From Phoronis australis (taxonomy: Eukaryota; Animalia; Phoronida): DNA of 64,000 nucleotides. The translations under genes and the position numbers were made by a program. The stretch spans positions 191,056-255,055 of the forward strand of contig NMRA01000120.1 in assembly GCA_002633005.1 (NCBI GenBank). The letters are read 5' to 3'. The notes beneath the pieces were generated by a model. It ran no database searches, had not been told where the DNA came from, and worked only from the letters and a program-made list of their open reading frames with translations. Positions 1 to 13,009 of the stretch are shown here, in pieces (within the stretch, counting starts at the first letter, position 1; every line of letters begins with the position of its first letter).

Positions 1-515
1 GCCTACCAGTGTGCCCCCTAGTGGCAATTTTAGTTTTTTACGCTTACCTTTGTATCTTCAAAAGTATTGAACGGATTTTCATGAAATTTGGTATGTAGGC
101 ACCTATTAGTGAGATGACGCTATCCTACTGTTTTCAGATGGATTCGACGTAGTTTGCGCCACCTAGTGGCCATTTTTACTGTTTTCGAGTCTGTATTTTT
201 GCGTCCACCCCTCTATCAACCAAACTGCTCAAAGGATGATTGTGAAAATTGGCGTGTATGTGCTTACTATAAGGAAGACAGCTGACAATGATTTTCAGAC
301 GATTTGGACTACTGTGGCGCCTCCTAGTGGTAGTTTTTTCTTTTTTTTGCGCCCATGGCTGTATCTCCCAAACCGTTTGCAGGATCTTTACTAAATTTAG
401 CAAGTGTATTTATGTGATGTTGACAACGGACGATGACGACTTTAGGATGATTCTGACTACCGGTATGCCTCTAGTGGCAATTTAAGTATTTCACATTGAC
501 CTCTGTATTTTCATA
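1..515 (-). mobile_element. Dispersed repeat (Helentron/DINE-like non-autonomous element, family uncertain), partial
   Basis: Reverse complement aligns to about 29100-29600. It has recurring units of about 150 bp carrying CCACTAG(G/A)NGGC. Confidence 0.7.
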
Positions 516-1205
516 GGTCTTCAGGTGTATACTTTGTGTTACTTCGTGACTATGAAGGAAAAGTTCCAAGTAGAAATTTGTTTCTGGCATTCTAATGCTG
601 TGCTAATCTCGTATGTTGGTAAATTTGTTTTTAATTCTATGTTTCTGTGGTGCTTTAAGCAACTGATGCATAGGATGTGCTTGTATTATGAAGATCACTC
701 ACATTTTGAAACCTAGCCTATTGAGGAGACAATGACCATGCCTTTCCATTTTGCAAAGTACAACATACTACATATATGCCCTCTACTGGCCACTTTATGG
801 TGCCAATAAACAACCCTAGAAGGATACCGTATGCGGTGCAATTGTGGGCGCATTTCAATGCTCTGCGTTGCTCTAGTCTAAATTTTACTAAAAAGACATG
901 GTGACCCAACTAGTGAGAGGTTGATAAAAAGCCCTAAATCAAATTCTACAGACTTTCCGCTGGTAGTAAAAATCCAATGTCTTTAGGCATTTGGCTCAAT
1001 ACACAAATTTGTAGATAAGGTCCTACATAACCTTAAACAGATAGGGCAAGTTGTCACACTTGTGTCAAGTTGTGTCAATTTTAGTTTTTGTCTGCATTTT
1101 CACTTGTGTCTGGAGAAACTTACACCGGAGCATCTGTCCATGTGGACACAACTTTTGACTGGACAGCTCTGATCACATGACTTGGAGGTATTTTTTATGT
1201 TTCAG

Positions 1206-4200
1206 GTTGAGAAGCTTGTCAAACCATTCACCTTGACAAGAGAGGTCGCTTTACATCTAAGTGCGAAACAGACGTTCAAAGACTGTCTTGGTAAAACAAG
1301 AATGGCAGGAGAGGAATGGCTACTGACAAATGAGGACAAAGAGTCCTATATACCTGAGATAGGAGTGGTAAGCTGCAACTTATGTAATTGTTAGGTTTAT
1401 CTTGACAGTAACAAAGTTTTCTTTTTCGAAGAAATATTAATTTAACTTCATTTTCTGTGTGCGGTTGAAGGCAGCACGTCATCATGATTTTATTTTTCAA
1501 TAAGAATTTTTGACAATTCTTTGAAATCTTCTGTAACTACTGTAAGGACCCCAAAAATTCGGATTAATAAGCAACAATTAAAGAATATTTAGACACAATA
1601 TGGCCACAAGTCTTCGTTGTTGTCTTCTAAGATTACAGTCTCTTAAACTGTTGTCTAAAATTTTATCACTTTTAATTCTTTGGTGGTAACAGTACCATAG
1701 TTTTCAAAATAAACTGGACAACGTTAAAATTTGACGTAGATGTGATGCTGCACAAAACTGCAAGGAAATATCCATTTCTTTATGGGTAGAACCCATTTCA
1801 ATTTTGGCTAAATATTGACAAAATCTTGACGTCATGTGTTACTCCGCTTAATTTGTCGAAAAAGCAACTACTTCCTGTTCAGCTCCATTGATTCGCAAAT
1901 AAACAATAAGTGGTGTGGCTCAGTGAGGTAAAAATGCCATTTTAGTGTGTCAAAAAATATCTGCCTGGTAACTGAGTTGTATGATTACAGGACGTATCGT
2001 CTATCAAGACTGTGAAGAGTACTGTCCTAAGGAGGGGACAGTTCTGTGTAGTGTTGAACCCTGTTGACATGGAAACTGGCAAAAATCAACTAGGCAAGAG
2101 GGAACTCAGGAGAGGAGAAACACATTTTTTCCTGCATCCGGGTGAGTGAAATCTTAAGTGTGCACCTTGTAACAGATATCAAGGATGAAAATAACAACTT
2201 CTTAGAGTATGATGCTACGTGTAACAGGAATCTGAAGTTGTTGCAGGTTATTTCCACTTTGTAATTTGTTTATCTAGTGACAACTATCTTTAAACATTCA
2301 ATCCACTTTACAGTTATCTAATATGATTTAAACACACAAATCAAAAATTGGTGTGACTCCTGAAACTAATACACTATATCAGAAGTTGCCCTACCGCCTT
2401 CAGCCAATTGTAAAACAAAAATATCAGTGTTATGTAATGATATTCAGTGTAAATGCTTTAGCTTATCTTGGAAGTACCAATGGTTATGTAATGATATTCA
2501 ATGAAGTACTGTAGCCTATCTTGGAAGTGTCAGTGTTGATGTAATGTTATTCAGTGTAAATACTGGGGACTATCTTGGAAGTATTAGTGGTTATGTAATG
2601 ATATTCAATGTAAGTACTATGGCTTATATTAGAAGCTGACTCAGTTCTCATTCAGTTCTCATTGTCTTTGCAGGTGAGACACTTGAGAAAGGTATTGAAG
2701 CAGCCTACGTGTTGGCTGCAGAGCAGGCGGTTGTGGTGGTGGCTAAGATAGCCTTTGAAGACGACACATTTACTGGTAGGTGGAGCTAGTGCTTGATGAC
2801 CTCATCTGCTGGTATTGTACTGTCTAGTAATCTGGATACAAAAATTAAAAGCTTCATAGGTTATGAACTGTGTGTTGTGTCACCAGTAACAGTGAGCCAG
2901 GCAGTTCCTTAATACTTTGGACCTTAATAATGAAAGTCATAAAATAAGCTGCAATATATTAGCTTGAATAGAAATATCCCTTTGCGTTCTGAGAGGAGGA
3001 TTTTGGGGAATTTTTTGGTTGAGAGGAAGGAAACACTCCCCTCTCCCAGTCGCTATCAGCTCCATCCCCTCAGGCCACCCCTCATCGGCAGTGCACTAAT
3101 AGCCAAGACTAATGTTTGCAGCTGAAGTGATTTTACCTTTAAGAGTATTTTTTGGACTCTATGTGGGGAATTAAGGGCCTTGTCTTTGATAGCAGTTGGT
3201 TTCTATAATCAAAAGTAATGGGAGAGAACACTAAAGGTTATACTGTGGTGGATACTGTACAACCTGTAGGTTTCGTGTGCACTGGTGGTTGTGATACATT
3301 TTTAAAGTTAATCAGGTCAAGTTACTTATCCTCAACTGTAGATTCACCCTATCGTCAGCCTGGAGATCGATGGATGATCACAGGTCCAATAGACTACATC
3401 CCCCCAACTGAGGTGGAGATCATTGACAGGCGACAGGCTATACCTCTCACGAAGAACGAGGGTATCTATGTCAGGGATACACAGTCAGGAATGGTAAACG
3501 CATTTGAACACAACATATATGCACCTGCATGTGCATGTGCTTGTATGCAAAATAAGGCATTCGAGTTTAAGTAGTTGTTTTCTTGATGTTAAATTTAATT
3601 GTTGATGCTTAATTTGTTCAGTATGATACTGTTGTCCTCCCTGAGTTATGATATCCCCGGGTCACCTAGTCACAGCCTGGCCATTGTGAGAGCTGTGAGG
3701 GGGCCATGCCCATACCTAGTTTCAGCTATTGAATATGTTATGTGTTATAAAATTAATCTAAGTTTATCTGTAGGTCAGAGTGTTATGAGGCCATGCTCTT
3801 GCATAGTGTCACCTATTGAATATGTTGTGTGTTATAACATTAATCTAAGTTTATCTGTAGGTCAGAGCTGTTATGAGGCCATGCTCTTACATAGTGTCAC
3901 CTATTGAATATGTTGTGTGTTATAAAACTATCTAAGTTTATCTGTAGGTCAGAGCTGTTATGAGGCTATGCTGTTACATAGTGTCAGCTATTGAATATGT
4001 TGTGTGTTATAAATCTAAGTCTATCTGTAGGTGAGAGCTGTGATGGGGCCATGTTCTTACATGCTGACAGCGTATGAGGAATTATGGGAAAAAGAACTTC
4101 CTGGAAATGTGGGCCTCATGCTAAAGTGAGTTTTATGCCGTATATTTCCTGGTTTTTGCTCCGTAGTAACATCATTTCGCTAAAGTATGTGCCGTGTTAT

Positions 4201-7200
4201 GTGTTGTTTTCTGTTTGAGGTCCCAATTCAACCAAAAACATTAAAGTTCTCGGGTGGCAATAGTTTCCATTGACATAATCATGAAATTGCTTTTAGTTCA
4301 GCTTAGTAGACTGTGTGTGTTCTTTCACACCAATTTACAGTAGAAATTTTGTGAAAAGCTTGTTATGTTCACTGAATTGTTTCTTGTGATTTTGTCTGTA
4401 GGCAAGGAGGTGGTTGTGGTAGTGGTGATATTCGGAAGCTAGCCTACTTTGAGCAGTCTATCGACCCAGCCATGCAGGTGGGTTGTGCGAGTGTTAGAAA
4501 CTCATTAACTTATCAGATGCTTCATATCTGATTTGTTTAATAGAATTGAAGAAATCGTGTCGCGTATCAAAGCGCAGTGGACCACCAAAGTGTTGTTTAA
4601 CCAAATACGTCTTATCAAATCTTGTCACATATCAAAGCACAATGGACCGCCATGGTGTTATACAATCAAATACGTCATATAAAATCTTGCCAGTCTCAGT
4701 TGCTTTATCTAAGTGTGAAATTTCAGAAACAAGACGGGGATTGTTGCGATATGATTTTGTCTGTTTCTTTCACTGGTTACTTGGAAGTTTCCTGTAACCA
4801 TGTTAATAGTGAAATGACGTGCACAACTTTACTCAATGCCCACCCTCCCCTAATTAAACTTATTACGCCGATGTCCAGTAATGAATGTACCTTTCTTTGT
4901 CTTCCAACTTCACGGGAACTTGTCATGCACCTGAATATTATTTATATTGCTTTGTTGTGGGCTGGGCCTATGACCTTTATTACAGAAATAAAAGTGACAA
5001 GTATTTCATTATGATACACTTGTGGATGTGATAATACAGTCTTGTGTGTGAACTTTGTATTTACCATTTGCATCCAAAAGTATGTGTAATTTATTATGTG
5101 TAGCTTTGCTCAGTCATTTTCCTTCTTGTGCTGTTTAAACAGTTTTTCAAGCAGTCGGTGCACTCAATTCCCAACAAACAATCCTCATATCTTCTGACAG
5201 AGGTTTTCAGAGAGCACCTTCGTTCATTTCACTCAGAGAGCGCCTTCGTTCATTTCACCTTTGTCTCCTCCTTTCTATGACAGGAGCGCGACAAGACCCG
5301 CGTTGTCACCTACAGGTGCCCTAGTAACACAGCCGTTCAGGTGTACAACTATAAGCACAAGACTGCTCGTGTAATATTTGGGCCAGACCTCATCATTCTC
5401 GGACCTCATGAAAACTTCAATGTTCTTAGTCTCAGTGGTAAGGCCTATTTAATGCTATTTTTCTCCTGTTGTGCACAGAAGTGCGTTAGGACGAACCACA
5501 TACTGGTTGCAATGACTCAATAAAATTCAGTTTTAATTTTGACTCTGTTAAGAATGTCGTGTTATTGTCTTTGTATTGTTTGTAATAATTTGTGAATTTT
5601 TTATAAATTTAAAGTTGTCCGACAAATTTGTTCGAAGTCCAGTTATTTACATTTTGAGAATCCATTATGACTGTTTTATGAGCAGATTAATGGAAAAACA
5701 ATGTGTCGAACATCCCTTCAGTGTCATTACCACCATAACTTACAAACACCGTGGCAGCGCCATGTATTCCAATAATTTCTGTGCAAATAATGACCTTGAA
5801 ACCTTACCTTATAAACACGGCTCACAGACTCTCAAACATAGCTTTCAGATCTTTAATCTTAGTGGGCAGACTCACAAAACATGGCTTAAGTTCCCTGCTG
5901 ATTCCCAAACTGGTGCTCGGACTAATGAGTGTAGCCACGTGGACTCCATGTTGGTGTACTATGTTAGGTGTTTGTGAGTTGTGAACTATGTTTTGGGGTG
6001 CGTAATCCATGATTTACTAGTCCTACACTAAGTTTGGCAGTCTGTACACTGTGTTTGTGATTCAGTGAACTTGGCTTTGTTTGTACCCTAGAGCTCTGTT
6101 TAAAAGTTAAGATACATGTTCATGAGAGCGACAGTTGTCGCCATGTAGTTTTCACCCCTTGATGATCTTAAAGAAAGTTCAAAGTTTGTTTTTTTAAACA
6201 AAATTAAAAGACCTTCTTACTTCCAAACAGCATTCACTTCTCGCTGTTCTTGTATTTCATGGTCCAGTGGCGTTGCTTGTTTCAGCTGGAAAACCTAAGA
6301 AGCCCAATGCACTGCAGTCTTTGTGCTTGATGCTTGGTCCTGACTTCATGTCAGATATCATTGAGGTAACCTCATGTTCACAGTCTTGCATTTTGTAAGT
6401 AAAATACAATAAAACTGGCACAAGTCGGACCTAACCGTACCAAGAGATTTTGTCTGAGTATGGTGAAATCTGATTTAACTAAAAGCCTGCAAGTGCTCAG
6501 ACTAGAACAAAATGTATCAGCAAACTTTGTCCTAGTTATTTGAAATTCTAAGATTCGCTAAAAGACAATTGAAGATCATTGTTTGTTGATGACATATCTG
6601 AAGATTTTAGGGATGTGATCTAAATTATTCACTCTTAGTTATTAAACGATACATATTAAATTGTTTTTTGTTTTTATCTTGCCAGACCAAATATCAAGAA
6701 TACAGCACGTCCATAAGTTAGATACAATTGGACAATGAGGTTAATTTCCTAATAAGTTGAAATCTGTCTTAAAGTTATCTGAAGGGCTGAGTGCATGAAC
6801 TAATTACAACCTCACTTTGGAATTTTGTTTCAGTTCAATGAAGATCTGACTTATGCGTGTTCAACTTATAAGAGTTTTGCTCACTATTTAAAAGCACACA
6901 ATGTTGTTTTATATGATATAAATTAAATTTTAGCCCTTCAAGAACATCAGTATTTAATAGCAAGACATCTTCCATCTGGGCCTGTTTATCGAAGTGCTGA
7001 TAGCCAAAAGTTGTTTTTTTTACTTTGGCCTTTTGTCTGCTCCTGAACTGGCTTCAATCAGATCTTTTCGCTTCGAGTTGGAGACAGAGTTTCTGAGTTT
7101 TAGCTTAAAAACGGGCTAAACCATCAGTAGATTAATTTTTAGCCAAAAGACAATAGACTTTGACAAACAGCCCCCCCCCTCCCCTGTGTGTATTCCTTGC

Positions 7201-10200
7201 TGATCCAATGATCAAATAACGACTATTCGTCAAAGGTGGAGACGTCAGATCATGCGAGACTGCAGGTTAAACTGGCCTTCAACAACCATTTTGAATGGAC
7301 AGCTGGGGATGCTGAGTCAGAGGCCAAGATATTCTCCGTGCCTGACTTCATTGGGTTTGCTTGCAGACAAGTGGGTGAGACTCGATTCAGTTTTGACTTT
7401 GATAATCCCTTATGACTTATCCACAAAAATCACTTGTAATTTTTTATTCTTCGAAGGCTACCGTATTAAGTGATTATATCGTTAAATGATTGCTTAAAAT
7501 TATGTCAATCGAAAATTTATTTTGCAATAGCTATTCTGTACGAACCATGCAAATGATGATGACAATTTTTTCTCAACTTTTGCTTTTGTTTTATAAAAAT
7601 CATGCCTGCCATTTTTGAGTGCCAGACTGTAGTCAAGTATTTGCTGTACTGTAGGTAATGAGAGTCACTGACCTTCAATGAAATCCACGATAAGATAACC
7701 AACACACACTGGCATGTGTCTTTGTGCATTTAGAAATATACAAGCTCACCGTAGATTAAGTTTTTCACATCTGTACGCCATTCCCAACAGCCATGCTGCA
7801 TACAGCACATTATTTATTAAGGCCACCTTCAGGAATAACAAGTTCAAATTTCCGACAGTTTTATAGTGGTGTTGTTCAAAGGAGTGAACGGATTCTGCAG
7901 TGCACTGTTAAGAACCCTCATCACACAAGAGATCAAGAACAGTTGATTTTCATGCAAGTACGGTTGTCTGCCATGACTGCATTCTGCAGACACTTGAAAC
8001 TTGTGAGAACGCAATAAGTCTTTGCGAGATATCACAAAGCACATGATCACGTTTCCAGTTTTTTTCATAAGTGTCTTAGGTCTATGGAGCGTGCTCCAGA
8101 TGAATCATTTGGCAATTTTGTTGTTTTCACCACAGTCTGTTATCTTCTGGCAGGAAGTAGAATAAGGGGTCAGGTTGCTTTGACAACATTTGACGATTTC
8201 CATCGGCATTCCGCTCAGATTATCAAGATGGCTGTGTTTGGACTAGATGCTGCAGGGAAGCCAAGCTCCAAGCTTGTGTTTGAAGCTAACAATCTAGTAA
8301 GTGTGGTTGGTTGAAACTGTTATTTAAGGTAGGATGCTACCAACAGTGGGTTTCTTCTGTTTTTATTATCAAATCTTGACGAAAGTTGTAAACAAATTTT
8401 TTGTACTCAAGGTGTAGGCTATTTCAGTGATTGAATCAACATAACGTGAAGTTCCATAATGAAAAAATCTTTTACAACTAGTCCGCCATTGGTCAATAAC
8501 AACATTATCTTTTTGTTTATTTTCAAGGAACTTATCAAGCACCATGTTTATTATTTTACATTGTTTATTTGTTAACTAATTTATTCTATTTTCAGTATTG
8601 AGTTCCGTTCATATTTTATTTTAACATCAAAAGTTACAGAGAAAATTGCTCACTGGTGAAATTTAGTTTGCTTTTCTCCGAGGCAGAAGTATAAGCTGCT
8701 CATTTATGTCAGACATTTTCTTTTTGTTCTCAGGTTGTTACTAGCGTTGACGTTCAAAGTATCGAACCTGTAGATTTGAAGATGAGAGACAGTCTGCTCA
8801 AGTCTGTGCAGATGGCCATCGAGATCTCCACAAAGTACGTCATCATCTGCCATCTGTAGTTATTATCTCATATCGTCTGCTTTCATCACGATCTGTAATG
8901 GTGAATACAGGTCTCTTCTAAGACATAATGACTTCCATGTGATTTGCATTACCGGGTAGATTTGATTTTATTTAGTGTGTTGTAACACACAGTAGAATTT
9001 AAAAAAATGTTTATAAGGGAAAAATACAATGTACAATTAATGTTTTAACTTTAAAGTGCAGAAAGCACATAGAAGCGTCACATCTTGGCTTACTACGGAT
9101 TAAGTTAAGATGTTGTTATGGCTGCCAATTTACAAGCTTGACGGCACTGTGAAAGTATTGTGTCAGCTTGTTCAGTGATTCCAGGTTTTGTAGTGCTCCT
9201 GCTTTAAAAGGTTTGCTCACTCGTAATATTCCAATCTCAAAGATTTGAGCCAAATGTACACATTAAAACTCATCGAAATGTACCTTGTTTAGAAGGATTT
9301 AACATACAAACTTCCGTGTCCTGATTTTACTTAATGTTTGTATGTCCACCCTGGTTACAAAGATCTACAGATTAATGTCCTTTGATGTATGTTGTAATGA
9401 GGTTGGACTGAGCCACTAATTTGGCTACAGCGAACTTCGCTTACAAAAAATATTGAAAATGTCCCTTTGCAATTTGGTCTATTGTTTTGGCAGAAAATTT
9501 CACTGTGTCATTAAGCATTCCTATATTTTGACAGCATGTAGCTTACAGGGGTCCTGGATTTGGAGAACCAGTTTGATGCCTGTTATTCAGTGGAGAAAAC
9601 TGGTTCTCAAGATACAGGACCCCTGTAAGTGACTACTACCTTTTTGACACATATAATCTTTTCACAGCTCTGTAGAGAGAGCTGCAGCCCATGAAGCGAG
9701 GCGACTAGAGCAGGTTGCCAAGGGAACGCTGGAAAGGCAGAAAGTCATAAATGAGAAAGAGGCTGAGAAGCAGCGGTCAAAGCTGTTTGAGCTACGAGCT
9801 GTGACGGCAGCTGTAGAGTCGACGGGGCAGGCTAAGGCTGAGGCTGAAGCTAGGAAGGAGAAGACACTAATTGAGTGTCAGAGTGAAATTGAAGGTCAGT
9901 GTGGAAATAATGAATAGAGTATCAGTCTAGGATGAAACTGTTGGTTGTGTGAAAACAATTGATAGTTTCCAAGTGAAACTTCAAGGTTTGTGTGGAAACG
10001 ATTGATAGTGTCCAAGTGAAACTTTAAGTTCTGTGTAGAAACTATTGATAGTGTCCGAGTGAAATTTGAAGGTCGGTGTGGAAACGATTGATGGCGTCCA
10101 GGTGAAATTTAAAGGTCTGTGTGGAAATAATCATTGCAATATCAGAGTGAAATCAAGACTTTGTGTGGAAGCAATTGGAGGATACCAGAGTGAAATAGTT

Positions 10201-11527
10201 TGTGTGATAGCAATTAGTAGCATGTTAGAGTGAAACTGAAGGTCAGTGTGGAAATCATGATTGATTGAATGTTGGGGTGAAAGTCAGTGAATGTTGAAAT
10301 TGAGAAAATGGTAGAGTGAAATTGAAGGAGTGTTATTGTGAAAAACAAGTAGCAATTGATAGAATGTCTAGTCAAGAATGAATTTTCAGGTCAGTGTGGA
10401 AGTGAGTTCATTGATACTGGGAAATTGAAAGTACCAAAATTGTGATTAATAATTAATGTCAGAGTAAGAAGGGGTGACGGCATTGTTGAAACAAAACTCA
10501 TTTAAACACAGGTTAGAGAACAAACTTGAATGTCATTGAAACTGACACCAATCATTGGTAATATGTCAGAGTGAAACTGAAGGTCAGTCATAACATTATG
10601 AGTGATAAATGTTAGAGCGAAATTGAAGGACAGGACAGCAACATTTTGATACTAGAAAGAGTAAAATTGAAGGCCAGTGATAAACTAGAAAGATTCATAG
10701 AATGTCAGAGTTTTGAAACCTAAATTTCAGAAGTGTACCGGGTTGTAGAAGCCAAAATTTTGTTTTGCCACTGCCTGGAGAACTACCACCTGCAAGTGTG
10801 TGATTTAGATTCATGTTATTGTCTCTTTTCAGCCGCCAAATTGAAAGCTCGGGCAGCAGAAATTGAGTTTTATGCTGAATTGGAAACACAAAACATGGTA
10901 AGCATTTTATAAAGTTGGCATCACATTCTTATAAAGTCTGACTAAAATGGGGGATGGAACCTTCTTAAATTAACACACAGATTTGTTTTAGTTTCCCAAG
11001 TCTGTCTAACGTATATTTTTCATTTCAGTTGAGACTAGCAGAACTTTCATTTCACAAGGAGCAGAATACCCTTGAAGTTGAAAAAACACGACGGCTGACT
11101 CAGATTGAGGTAACATAGCTTGTGAACTTAAACTAGGTGTGCATCTCACTGTGGTGAAAATAGTTTTAGTTTTTAGTTGCGAAATCACCGTTATATTAAT
11201 ATTATAATATACTGAAGAGAATCTGTAGTCGATTCAACATCCAATTGTATCGTTCAGAGTGTGTTATGTCGAGATGTTCTGTGCTCTTTGTTACCTGTTA
11301 TTTTTTGTTTACATTTGAATTTCATTTGACTTCAGGTGGATAAACTAAGCAAGACAGTGAACTCGCTTGGCTCTGACACCATAGCAGCGGTTGCCAATGC
11401 TGGCCCAGAAACACAGGCAAAGATGCTGGGGAGTCTTGGACTAAAGTCGGTTCTGTTCACCGACGGTAATAATCCAATTAATCTGTTCAACACTGCCGAA
11501 GGGCTGGTCCCTTCTCAGGTTCGCTGA
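1206..11527 (+). CDS. MVP: Major vault protein (MVP) homolog, multi-exon, 5' part lies upstream of the window
   Basis: Frame-consistent GT-AG exons at 1206-1367, 1991-2141, 2674-2775, 3342-3493, 4031-4125, 4402-4477, 5284-5437, 6286-6365, 7236-7374, 8154-8296, 8734-8834, 9668-9894, 10833-10897, 11029-11109 and 11336-11527. The translation carries MVP signatures: [125 protein letters not shown] and [32 protein letters not shown]. Confidence 0.96.
2420..2635. repeat. About 4 degenerate tandem copies of a ~58 bp unit in an MVP intron
   Basis: The motif atcttggaagt..gttatgtaatgatattca.tg recurs with about 58 bp spacing. Confidence 0.75.
3686..4075 (+). repeat. Tandem array of a ~87 bp unit made of the acceptor site and start of MVP exon 4031
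   Basis: Units start at 3686, 3774, 3861, 3948 and 4031 (the real exon). All resemble gt(c/g)agagctgt(t/g)atg(a/g)ggccatg, and all but the first are preceded by tatctgtag. Confidence 0.9.
6976..7176. mobile_element. MITE with GGGCCTGTTT..GAAG-type TIRs
   Basis: ctgggcctgtttatcgaag at the left end and ctttgacaaacagcccc at the right end. Related ends occur at 23620-23890, ~27092, ~47200 and ~54285. Confidence 0.55.
9540..9635. mobile_element. Short palindromic MITE
   Basis: cttacaggggtcctg..gagaaccagtt and aactggttctc..caggacccctgtaag are inverted arms. Related copies lie at ~37355-37425 and ~42035-42095. Confidence 0.7.
9870..10700 (+). repeat. Degenerate ~45-60 bp tandem array derived from the exon end and donor site of MVP exon 9668-9894
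   Basis: gtcagagtgaaattgaag|gtcagtgtggaaa recurs many times, for example near 10068, 10110, 10238, 10388 and 10579. Confidence 0.85.
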
Positions 11528-12569
11528 TTGGTTTGCAGTAAACAAACGCATCATATGTACGTCTAGGTTTTTTGAAGCAATATGAATTGCAGTTAGTGTT
11601 ATGACGACAACTATTTAATATTGTTTTTCTACAATTGTTTCCAATAAGTCGGCAAGATTAATTCAGCTTAGTTTGTGAATATTATGCAGAAAACTACAGA
11701 AAGTTGGTCATGCCTTTGAAATCCGTGCACAACTCATTAAGATTACTGTTTTTCTGCAATAGTTTTCAAATTAGTCGACAAAATTTTTAGAAACTTAACT
11801 GAAAATGTTTGCATCGAAATTTTGTTTCTTGACGAGATATTTCACTTACTGTAGTCCTTGTGGTTTACCCTGTGTTAATGTTTGTGATACTCGCTATTTT
11901 TACCTAGTAATTTTACTAATATTGGATGTGATTCTTGAATACGGCAGGGTAACGTTATCTTAGTCCCAGTTATAACTTGGTGATCAACTGCATTAATCAC
12001 TTTTATTGAAATTCATGAGAAAGGATACGTCTTGGAACTTTGGTGTGCAACACAACTGGTTCAAAATTGTTAGGCATCACTTTGAAAAATCTTTTTTCTG
12101 TAATAAATAAGTGATCATTGAGATGTTAAAAAAATAACTGACACGATATTACAGTATTTATGGGTGGCAGTAGGTACATACATTATTTTTTCAGAATTTA
12201 TTGCCAAACCATTTTCAAGCCAATATTAAGTATTAATATTATGTGATTAATATTTTATTTAAATGGAGTGTATTTATTAAATACAAAAGTCAATGTGTAT
12301 TCAACTTTATTCCTTGGTTAGCAAATGAACAAATGTTCACAGGAGCATATGACCTTCCTATGCATGCTTAAACACTCTCTGAAAATACATACTGCATGTT
12401 TATATCCACTGAGAAATGTGCACAGCAAATACCAATGTTTCAATTGGCAGCAATAAATAACAACACACCAAAAACTTGGTCAAGTTCTACAGATTCAAGA
12501 ATCTCGTGAAGAAAGCTAGTGTGAGCATGTTGTTCACTCTAGTAATACATGGCGATATGTCTACAAGCT

Positions 12570-12644
12570 CATGGGCAGTGCAGCACTGAAATAAGTGGGG
12601 GGCTATAGCCCCCCCCCCCAGCCCCCTATGGTGCACCGCCCATG
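12570..12644. mobile_element. Tiny MITE remnant in or near the ES1 3' UTR
   Basis: catgggcagtgca and tgcaccgcccatg form inverted ends around a gggggctatagccccc hairpin. Confidence 0.5.
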
Positions 12645-13009
12645 TGGCTACTTCATCCTGGAATATATTAAATCTATAAATTATACTGATTGTTTTTCTC
12701 ACTGCCTGAACTAAAAAAACGGAGCTAGTGTCTGAATAGTACAAAAAACTGAAAACGTTTTGTGTAACTATGAGATAAAAAGAGACAAAACTCTGAGACA
12801 TGTTTTAGGCCTGGTTACATTTCAAACATTCTACACTGTGGATAACACCAATGATTTTGCACTGTGACATTTCATGATACTCGTGTTGCACAGTGATACT
12901 GAGGTCGTGTAACAATCGCACTAAAGTTCAGTTCTGTAGAGGAATTGGGTGTTCACCATCAATTAAAACTAAGGATTTCAATCTATGTAACTGGAGTAAT
13001 GGTGATTCT

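Noticed and set aside
3686-4075. CRISPR-like appearance of regularly spaced repeats (also 28590-29600 and 62445-62610)
   Set aside because: The intervening sequences are themselves repeated rather than unique spacers, the context is a eukaryotic intron, and there are no cas genes.
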